Below are positions 25,725-35,967 of a stretch of 64,000 nucleotides of DNA, piece by piece. The notes beneath the pieces are model-generated. The model ran no database searches. It had not been told where the DNA came from and saw nothing but the letters and a program-made list of their open reading frames with translations. Within the stretch, counting starts at the first letter, position 1. The number at the start of each line of letters is the position of its first letter. Origin of the DNA: Geosiphon pyriformis uo1 (Eukaryota; Fungi; Glomeromycota); NCBI GenBank assembly GCA_016748015.1, contig JAAOMT010000295.1, positions 620,001 to 684,000 on the forward strand. Reading direction: 5' to 3'. The position numbers and the translations under genes were made by a program.

Positions 25725-26379
25725 TATTACCCGAGTAGAAAAACTGATTCAAAGTTATGAAAAAACGTGACCAAAACGTGACATAACACAGAATAACACA
25801 CAATAACATTGGATAATGTGTTATAATGTTGGATAACGTGTTATAATGCAGGATAACACAGAATAGTGTACAATAATATAGGATAATGTGTTATAACGCA
25901 GGATAACACAGAATAACGTGTAATAATATCAGATAACATGTTATAATATAGGATAACTAGCAATAATGTAGAAAAACGAAGCAATAACAAAAACAACAAA
26001 CCAATAGCTAATAATAGTAAGACAATTGAAAACAATCCTGTAAAACCAAAAGAATGTATAAAAGCAAGTAGTTGTAGAAATGAGAAAAAGCAGAGAAGAA
26101 AAAAATAGATACGAACCTCTAGACCAGAAATTAAAATATCCATATCCCTTTATCCTTTATTATCTTCTCTATTTTATCTTCTGAAATAAACCAATTATTA
26201 AAAGAAATCAGAATCACAAATTCATGTTCTCGAACTTCATGGAATTTATGTGAATTAACCCTTGTCTTGTACCTCTGTTCTAGAACAGATGCTCTTAGCA
26301 TAACCATCTCGAACCTATTAATGATTTGGACCAATCACTCTTGATCACAGTGATTGACGATACTAATTTATCTTTTCTC

Positions 26380-26413
<34 letters not shown>

Positions 26414-26815
26414 TCTGTCTTAATTTTTTGTGGAGTGGCAATATAGTAAAATCAACTGTCTGAAAATAGACTTTGTGATAGCCTGGTAAAAGAGGGAAGC
26501 TTCCCCTAAGTTTTGGATATTAACATTATTTTGTTAGCTTACCAGAAGAGCGAAAAGACAACGCCAGACTTTAACAACTGCGCTCATTAGCTCAGAGAAG
26601 AAAGCTCACATTTACGAAAAATGTTGCAATCGATGAAAGACAAACTCTGTGCCTTATAACCAAAGAACTCAATGGGTAAAATTCACATCCAGGAATAGAC
26701 CTTCAGAGACTGATAATCAAGACTAAGCCAACAGAATTATGTGGAAGACACATCATCAATAATTGAGAGCACTAAACGTTACCATTTCCCATACCCATCA
26801 AGTTTATCCATAACA
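25725..26815 (+). repeat. 5' LTR of A2
   Basis: TATTAC...TAACA ends; direct repeat of 34874-35967; TATA-like TATAAAA at ~26057; T-rich tract at ~26370-26415. Confidence 0.95.
25783..25970 (+). repeat. 10-bp-period tandem array (ATAACGYRNN-like, ~19 units) in the 5' part of LTR-A
   Basis: ATAAC/ATAAT recurs every 10 nt; also at ~34930-35120, ~18290-18430 and ~22610-22680. Confidence 0.9.
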
Positions 26816-26817
26816 TT

Positions 26818-26834
26818 TGGTGCTCCCTGTGAGG
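26818..26834 (+). promoter_or_regulatory. Primer-binding site TGGTGCTCCCTGTGAGG (complement of a tRNA 3' end)
   Basis: Starts 2 nt after the LTR end; its complement CCUCACAGGGAGCACCA resembles the 3' ends of eukaryotic elongator tRNA-Met or tRNA-Ile(UAU). tRNA identity not resolved. Confidence 0.85.
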
Positions 26835-26880
26835 TTATAAATCCACAGAAACAGAGCACCCCCAAAAATACATAAAAGTG

Positions 26881-29800
26881 ATGACTATTGGAACAATAGA
26901 AAAGGACCACTTCTTATATGGAAAAGCACTATTTCAATACTTTTGAAAAGACTTAGAAATACCAGCAAAAACTGCTTATGCAGAAAGTGATTTTTGTAAC
27001 TATATCAACGCAAAAATCAACTGCTTGTTAGGCTGTGCAACTGATACAGGAAGACTTGGAGAACAAATCCATCAAAGCTTATTAGGGTACTCAACAGCCA
27101 TGACTACCTGAGCAATCACTAAAACTCTGTGCATAATTGATATAGACATTAAATATTATGTGACACAACGATTCCCTCAAGTACAACAACCAGTGGAATC
27201 TGACTCTGAGGAATACGAAAACAAATCCAACAACCCTGTAACTGCCCAAGCCAAGTCCACAGTCAACAAGAAACCAAGGGTCCTCTTCTCAACAACTTCA
27301 TCATATTATCAGACATCCCAAAGTAGAATTGTATTCAACCCATCTCTGGAAACCCAGTCAGAAACACCACGAACTCTTGGAAATCCACACCTTTGGAATT
27401 AACACAGTTGGACCAAATCACTAGGAGAATATGGATTGCTGTTTGGAAATCTTACCCCAGCAGCCGGTCAAACAGAAGAAAACCTGTCAACTTGGGAACA
27501 GCCACCAGCACAAAACTTAGCAGAATCAGCATCTCTCCTGATGGAAGAAACAACTATCTTACAACCTATTGGTTCAAGTGACAAAGGAAAGCAACCAGCA
27601 TTAGCACCCAGAGAACACTCAAATACACGGACACCAATTCTTTTAAACATAACCAGTAACACCCCACCCATTAACCGGATCATAGTTTATCGAGATATTG
27701 CTAAATTGGAAAAATTCTCTGGTGAAGAAGATAACGCATATTTTTGGATTGTGGACACCGAGAAAGCAATTACCGCTAACAGTTGGAACAATGACCGCAC
27801 AGTTCAGGCACTGCTGTTCTTTCTGACCAGAACTGCCGATTTGTGGTACCAGAGCCTGGCAGAGAAGCCTACCTCCTTTACCGAGTTTAAACTTGCATTT
27901 CTGCAATACTTCTGTGACCCCAATATGTTAATCCGATTGCAGAATCAATTCAGCATAATTAAACAAAAAGATCACAAAACAGTAACTACTTATCTCAGAC
28001 GATTCAATCAAATCCTGCGTCAAATATTAGCTATTAAAAGGGACTACTACACCGTGGTGCAAGTTTTTAATCAATTCATTAAAGGATTGCAGAGTAGTAT
28101 TTTAAGATCTGTAAGACCCCATCATCCGACCAGTTTACAAGACACCATCACTCTCGCTTGCAATTTTGAGTCTGCAGAACAAGAAGCAAATCATACCCAA
28201 GCTGTTAATTTAGCCATTAATGGAACCTCTGACATCGATGCAAAGATAACCCAATTGAGTGAGAAACTAACTCAGAAAATTGAGGAATTTTTAGCCGGAA
28301 CTACAGGAACTTACCAACCACTCCAACGGAGAGAAAATAACAACAACAGCAGATACCCACAACAACAGAACTGTCAGCAACAGCAACAACCTTGGAGATC
28401 CAATCCCCACAATTGCTACTACTGCCAGAAACCTGGACACATTGCCCATAACTGCAGAAGAAAGATCATAGACCAAAATCAAGGAAATCTATACTAACAA
28501 CTTAGATATCAGCAAAACATAGTACCCCAATATTCCATACCTCAGAATCAATTGTCCCTATATGCACAACAAGTCCTGTACACTTAACCACTGCCCCAGA
28601 ATTATTATCAACCACCACCAATGACACAAGCAATCCCTCACTATCAAACTTCTCTTTACAGCCTGTTCAGACCTCGAGCTATAGACTATAATCAGGAATG
28701 GAGGAATCTCAACAACAATCAGGTGCAAACTAACAGTAGACTGTCTTGACCAATCCCTCATGGTTCTGTCCAATCTCGACCAACACCAACTGGATACCCG
28801 AATCAAGCTTCCTATCTCAGTCTTATGGAAGACCAAGATTTTGATAAATCTACACCTGTGGAAGGGGGGGATATAGAACAAATCTCCCAACTTTCCAAGC
28901 AAACAAAAAGCAATATCCTACCAACCACTATTACCGAAGACACCACCCTAGCCACCATATTTCCTTTTGACATCGATAATTTGAACACACATAGTCTTTT
29001 TAGTAGAGCAGCCATCAATCAGGATAAACCAATAATGGCCCTATACACCAATGCCAGAGTCGGAAGAATAGACATTAAATTAATCCTGAATAGCGGATCA
29101 GCCGGTAGCATAATCACGAAGCAGCTCATGGACCAACTAGGTCGCCGAGTAGACTGTGCTGCTACCACCCAGATCATTACAGCGGATGGGAACACAAAAA
29201 CCCCGATAGGAGAAATTGACAACTTCCCCTTCAAAATTAATGGAATCCAAATCCCTACCAAAATACTCGTTATGGAAGCTACTCAATATCAAGCTCTAGT
29301 AGGAAACAACTGGTTGTCAAAAACCAACGCTACTCTTGACTGAAACACCCAAGAACCTCAACTCATGTTCAACAGACAGCATGCCTGAGTCCCAGCTATG
29401 TGCAAACACTTTAAAAACCAACGTACCAAAGAACCTCTTATTGAATTTGAAGACACATCAATGCCACCAACCATTGAGACCTATTAGGTTTCATGGGCAG
29501 ATGATTATCGAACTGAACTACCCCCACCACCAACCTGGGAAGAAAAAGAAAAAGACAGAGCCAAAAAAGAACCCCAATTGTCATCACTAGAATACATAAC
29601 CTCAGACCAAAGAAACTTATTTTACCAACCCTCACGACTAATATGTGTTGATTGTGGAAAAAAAAATTCACTATAGGCACATGTATCAAGGACAATAAAG
29701 AATGGCCCACTGCCACCAAATACTATTGCAGGCCTTGTTTACTGGAAAGATTTGGACGACCAAAATGACAAGGCAAGTGGGACCACATGCTGTGTCTCGC

Positions 29801-32666
29801 ATGTGGCGAAATCCTGTCAGATGAAGGACTCTGGAATGATATGCTTGGCAGAGGAGGAACATGCAACGAGACTTGTCAATACACCATATTAATCAACAAT
29901 TGGGTATGAAAAAGAATCTCCATCAAGGACGCTTGGAAATGAGCACTCAACAGGCTAGACGGTTATCCACACAATGATCACAAAATCTGGAGAATGGCAA
30001 GTGCCAAGGCTGAAGACGCCATGCCTGAAGAAATACAAAAAATTAAGAACAACCCTTAAACGCCTGAATATACTGGACCCGACTACCCCAAGGATGATTT
30101 CTTCACAGATAACTCAGATGCATTTCAGAACTGATATCAGGAATTGGTCCCAACTCGCAAAAAACAGGAGCAAAGGTTGGCCAATTTGAATACCAAACTA
30201 TGCGATTACTGTTTGATCTCCTGTTACTTCCAGTACTGCGATAAATGTGATCTCATGTTCAATTCGCCTCTAAAAATACTGTTTCCAATCACCAAACTAC
30301 CTGAACTTAAAGAAGAGATATTGATCACCGAGGACATGTTGTTTCAAGATCCAACTGAGGATACTGAAACAGAACAGTATCTCGTGTATTCCAACCTATC
30401 CAAAGAACTAGAGCTAAAATGGTACAGTGACAATGAGGAAGAAATCTGTCCCGAAAAAAAGCATGACACCGATGCCAGTTTTGACCTACAATACCCCGGA
30501 CAATCACCCATCATTATAGCCTTACATTTCCTTGTAAAAATAGATTTTAAAATAGCATTAGAAATTCCTGTTAGTACAATGATACAAGTTGCCTCTCGAT
30601 TTAGTCTAACCAAGAAAGAAATTGACATAAAAAGAAGAATCATTGATGCCGGTTACATGAGAAACATCATCGTAATACTACAGAACAATTTGGACAGACC
30701 CTACAAAATAGAATCACAAGAAAAAATTGCCCAAACTATCTTCTTACCCCTAGTCAAAATACCCCAATTAACTCCAGTAACAACCCGAGAAGAGTTAGAT
30801 CTCACTGCCCGAGGAATCAACGGGTTTGGATCAAGTAAAAGAGAAAATGTACCAGTTAATTTTATGAAGGAAAACAGTGACCAAGTAGAATTTATCCACA
30901 CCAACACTGTCATCTCCATTCCTCCATACTGACAATACATCCTTAAGGTGAATCAAAAGATCTAAGATCAAGCCCTATTATTTGAAACCAGTCCTGAAAT
31001 CTGTTCTCTAGCTGATGTTGCTAATCTATACCTACTGGCCAAAGCCCATAAACACTTCAAAATCCTTATCCACAACCCTACAGAAGATATCATTGAAATC
31101 CCCAAAGGGACTCTTGTCAGTTCCATATTCGCAGATAGTCAGAATTCTGAAAAACCCCAGTCCATTCCAGATTTTGCACAATTATTCTTATTCTGTGACA
31201 TTACCTTACAAGTATAGAATTTGCCAAAAGAAAGTTACTTGTTCACATCAGAAGAGATCAATAAATTGAATTTAGGAAATTTAAGTACTCTGCAACAAAT
31301 GCAACTCAAAGTCCTTCTGAATCAGTATGCCGATGTCTTTGCCAGCAAAAATAAGTTCGGACACACCGACATCGTAAAGCATCAGATTGATACAGGAGAC
31401 GCTCGACCAATTAAGCAACAAGCTTACCACATACTCCCATCTGGTGATAATCTAATTAAGCAAGAAGTGCAACGGATGCTTGATAATGGCCTAATCAAAA
31501 AATTGTTAAGCTCTTGGTTCTCGCCAGTAGTCTTGGTCACCAAGAAAAACGGAAAAGTGCGATTCTGCATAGATTATCGAAAACTAAATAGCATCACACG
31601 AGGAGATAGTTATCCTACTCCCCTCATCCAGGAAATTTTGGACAATCTAGGGAAAAAGAAATGATTCTCATTATTAGATTTAGCAAGTGGTTACTGGCAA
31701 GTTGAAATGGACCCCAAAGACAAAGGAAAAACAGCATTTACTACTCGAGATGGAAACTTTGAGTTTAACATAATGCTTTTTGGACTTTGTAATGCTCCTG
31801 CCACGTTTCAACACCTGATGGATATAGTATACAAAGAAATCTTTTGGAAATCAGTAGTAGTCTACTTAGACAACACAAACATGTTCTCCAAAACATTCAA
31901 AGACCATCTGCTCCACCTACAACAAGTCTTCGAATGCCTTTGTAGTGCCAGATTGAAACTCAATCCCGAAAAGTGCTTCTTTGGAAAAACCGAGTTAAAA
32001 TTTCTAGGACATGTAATCAGCAAGGATGGAGTTAAACCCAATCCAGATAAAGTACAAAAAGTCAAGGATTTTCCAGTTCCAATCAACCTCAGAGAATTAT
32101 GAGGATTTCTAGGATTAGCAGGATATTATTGTCGATTTGTCAAAGGTTTCTCAAACATCGCAAAACCACTCCATCAATTGTTGTCCAAATACATACCGTA
32201 CTTGTGGAAGGAAGATCAACAGAAAGCATTTGACTATCTCAAGCAGTGATTGATCACATCCCCAATCTTGATTTACCCAGATTTCATTAAACAGTTCATT
32301 GTCACTACGGACACCTCAAAAAATGCTCTAGGAGCAGTCTTATCACAGATAGGACCAGACAATAGAGAACACCCAGTTGTCTACGCTAGTCGCAGCACTA
32401 CTCCAGCAGAAAAGAATTACAGCACAACAGATCTGGAATGTCTTGCCATTTATTAGGCCATACAGACTTGAAAACATTACCTCAATCAACTATTTGATCT
32501 ATATACCAACCACAAAGGACTTATTTGGTTACTCAACAATCCACAACTAGAAGAAAAATATGCGAGATGGAGTACTTATCTGCAACAATTCCCACTCAAA
32601 GTCCATTACAAGGAAGAATCCAAGAACACCAATGCTGACAGTTTGTCGAAGATGCCACAAACCTAA
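26881..32666 (+). pseudogene. A2 gag-pol polyprotein (Gag with CCHC, protease, Cys-rich region, dUTPase, RT, RNase H); many stops, one homopolymer frameshift at ~29665
   Basis: CYYCQKPGHIAHNC; LILNSGS (decayed DSG); RFCIDYRKLN; FGLCNAPATFQ; VYLDN (decayed YLDD); [12 protein letters not shown]; [14 protein letters not shown]. Confidence 0.92.
30420..30845 (+). pseudogene. dUTPase domain within A2 pol
   Basis: The five trimeric-dUTPase motifs in order: DASFDL, ASRFS, IIDAGY, KIAQ, ARGINGFGSS. Confidence 0.9.
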
Positions 32667-32676
32667 TCTCAGACCC

Positions 32677-34044
32677 ATGGACACACTCACTTATCAATGA
32701 CTACATCAGTACCTATCGACACTATGTTTCAAGGAGATATTATTTCAACAGAAACAGAGTACCATATGAAAACAAGCCCGAAATTATTTTATTCAAGACA
32801 ACCAACTATATCAATGAGAATGCCGAAACCACCCCAACCCACAACGACTAATCATGGACAGTGAAAGAGAAACTATACTATATAGTGTGCACTCAGATCC
32901 GACTGCAGGACACTTTAACAAAGATGCTATCCTCAAAAGAACACTAAACTTATATTATTGGTCAATGATGCACAAAGACATTTTCAAATATGTGCTCAAT
33001 TGTGATGCATGCCAGTGAAGAGGAGAAGCAAGATCAACAGAACCACTTCGACCCATTCCAGTTGGAAATCCATTTGATAGAATTAGGATTGATTTGGTTG
33101 GATCTTTTTTAATTACATCCCAAGGAAATTACTATATTGCTGTAGCCATAGACTATCTTACAAAATGGCCAGAAGCCAGAGCAATCCAAGTGGCTAATGC
33201 TAAAACAGTCACCAAATTTGTGCATCAAGACCTAATTTGCCAACATGAATGTCTGAAAGAATTATTATCTGATCAGGGAACACACTTCGTTAATAATACG
33301 CTGACTGAACTAAGCCAATGGTTTGAAATAAAGAGACCTTTATTGTCACCATACTACCCACAAATAAATGAACTGGTAGAACAGTTTAACAGAATACTGT
33401 ACAAAGCACTAGCAAAAATAAGTCATGAAAACAGACAAGAATGGGACTTATTTATACCTTCTGTACTCTTTGCATACCGAACATTGAAACAAAATACAAC
33501 TCAATTCACACCATTCGAACTAGTCTATGGAAGAAAAGCTATGTTACCGATTGAACGAGTGATACCGTCATACCCAACAGAAACAATCAATGAAAAGAAT
33601 TTTGAGGCTACCTTACACCAAAGAATGTACCAGCTAATAGAAACATTGGAAAACAATCAAAGAACAGCAGCTGACAATATTAGTCACACTCAAGAACAAC
33701 AAAAAGAAAGACATGATAAACACCTGCCAGAACAACCAATGGAATTCAAGATTGGAGACCAAGTACTGTTACATCATACAAAAGCTGAGAAACAGTGGAA
33801 TGGAAAGTTCGACCCAAAGTGAGATGGTCCATTTCACATACATGAAGTGTTAGGAAATAGAGCTTACAAATTACAATTGGAAGACAGAATTTTAAAGAAA
33901 GTAGCACATGGAAATCGGTTAAAAATTTATAATGTAAAACAGGAATCATCGTCATCAGTACCTCAACTAGGAACACAAATTTCATTAATCAGACTAGAAG
34001 ATATATTACAAGATTTGAAACCAATAATCGTCATCGAAACGTAG
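32677..34044 (+). pseudogene. A2 integrase, separate ORF (HHCC, DDE core, GPF module, no chromodomain)
   Basis: One frame from ATG 32677: HSDPTAGHF...CDAC, IDLVG, DYLTKWPEA, SDQGTHF, VEQFN, GPF. Internal stops are TGA, mostly at inferred CGA positions (one at an inferred TGG). Confidence 0.9.
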
Positions 34045-34124
34045 ACAATAGGCAGCAAATTAAATTGGGGAATTCAAATATATATAGCATCCGAAAAGCA
34101 GCAAGAAATGATAGAAATTTTAAC

Positions 34125-34859
34125 ATGGATCTTTCAGATCAAATTTTAAAATTATCTAAACAATTATTTGAAACAATTCAAAAATCGACATTTTAAATAG
34201 AAATAACAATTAATAAAAAAAAGATACAGTACAAAGATAAGAGCAGGAGAGGAGAGAACGAGAGTTCAATTAAAACTAAACGTTCTCTTCCCTATCCACC
34301 ACCCGAAAGGCAATGTGAAAGGAAAAATTGTCTTTGGGTGGGGGGTGGAAAAGAAGAAGGCAAAAAACGAGAAAAAGGTTACAAAAGAAGATACTTGGTC
34401 TCCGAGCTCAAAGAAATAAAACAAGCTTTAGCTCGTGGGACCAAACTCTCCGAAACAGGGGAGTGGACACTTGACAATGCCCAGGAATGAAAAGAAAGCC
34501 TTCCTCCAGCTTATTGGTTCTACAAAATTGGAGAACAGCTTGACTTGAAAACATCATATGAAGACCTCAGCCAGAAAATGTTCAACAAAGAAGCAATACA
34601 ACAAGTAGAAAAATTTGTAGGGAAAAACAATCTGACCCTATATTACAAAGCAGCATACCAACTATACACCGCCTTTCAACATTGCTCAAATATACTACTG
34701 AATGGATCTATGAAAATCATAATGGTTAACAGCATAGAACAAATAACCAATCAACAGTTCAAAGACCTACAAAAGGCAATACTCGAGGCAACAATTGAAC
34801 ATTACACAAACAAAGCCACGATAACAGATACATATGGTTTTACAGGAGCTCAATTTTAA
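34125..34859 (+). pseudogene. A2 accessory ORF between integrase and PPT (~244 aa, unknown function, two internal stops)
   Basis: Single frame from ATG 34125 through track ORF 34545-34859; basic N-terminal half, helical-looking C-terminal half; no signal peptide or transmembrane stretch seen. Confidence 0.7.
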
Positions 34860-34873
34860 AAAGAGAGGGATAA
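34858..34873 (+). promoter_or_regulatory. Polypurine tract of A2
   Basis: AAAAAGAGAGGGATAA immediately 5' of the 3' LTR. Confidence 0.85.
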
Positions 34874-35967
34874 TGTTACCCAAGTAGAAAAACCAATCCA
34901 AAGTTATGAAGAAACGTGACCAAAACGTGACATAATACAGAATAATGCGCAATAATGTTGGATAACACATTATAAGGTTGGATAACATGTTATAATACAG
35001 GATAATACAGAATAGCATGCAATAATATAGGATAATGTATTATAATGCAGGATAACACAGAATAACATGTAATAACGTTAGATAACATATTATAACATAG
35101 GATAACTAGCGATAACATAGAAAAACAAAGCAATAACAGAAACAACAAAGCAATAGCTAGCGATAGCAAGACAATTGAAAGCAATCCTGTAAAACCAAAA
35201 GAATATATAAAAGCAAGTAGTTGTAAAAGTGAGAAAAAGCAGAGAAGAAAAAAATAGATACAAACCTCTAGACCAGAAATTAAAATATCCATACCTTTTT
35301 ATTCTTTATTATCTTCCCTATTTCATTTCCTAAAATAAACCAATTATTAAAAGAAATCAGAATCACAAATTCATGTTCTTGAACTTCGTGGAATTTACGT
35401 AAATTAATCCTTGTCTCATACCTCTGTTCTAGAACAGATGCTCTTAGCATAACCACTTCGAACCTATTAACGATTTGGACCAATCGCTCTTGATCATGGC
35501 AATTGATGATATTAATTTATCTTTTCTCTCTTTTCTTTTCTTTTCTTTTTCTTTTTCTTTCTTTTTCTGTCTTAATTTTTTGTGGAATGGCAACATAGTA
35601 AAATTGACTGTCTGGGAATAGACTTTGTGATAGCCTGGTAAAAGAGGGAAGCTCCCCCTAAGTTTTGGATATTAACATTATCTTGTTAGCTTATCAGAAG
35701 AGCGAAAAGACAACACCAGACCCTAATGACTACACTCGTTAGCTCGGAGAAAAAAGCTCACATTTACAAAAAACATTGTAATCGACAAAAGACAAACTCT
35801 GTGCCTTATAACCAAAGAACTCAACAGGTAAAATTCACATTCAGGAATAGACTTTCAGAGACTGATAATCAAGACTAAGCCAACAGAATTATGTGGAAGA
35901 CACATCATCAATAATTGAGAGCACCAAACGTTACCATTTCCCATACCCACCAAGTTTACCCGTAACA
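34874..35967 (+). repeat. 3' LTR of A2
   Basis: TGTTAC...GTAACA ends; direct repeat of 25725-26815. Confidence 0.95.

Larger units (their letters stand above)
25725..35967 (+). mobile_element. Full-length family-A Ty3/Gypsy LTR retrotransposon A2 (~10.2 kb), inactivated by point mutations
   Basis: Paired ~1.09-kb LTRs, TSD ACAG (25721-25724 and 35968-35971), PBS, PPT, domain order Gag-PR-dUTPase-RT-RH-IN. Confidence 0.95.

Noticed and set aside
25783-25970. CRISPR-like periodic array
   Set aside because: 10-bp tandem units with no unique spacers, no cas genes, eukaryotic LTR context.
25841-26334. Hydrophobic minus-strand ORFs repeated at 34990-35483
   Set aside because: They lie inside the LTRs and derive from the A-rich strand and the 10-bp array; duplication reflects LTR identity.
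34125-34859. env gene or chromodomain after integrase
   Set aside because: No signal peptide, transmembrane segment or chromodomain aromatic-cage pattern seen; called an unknown accessory ORF instead.
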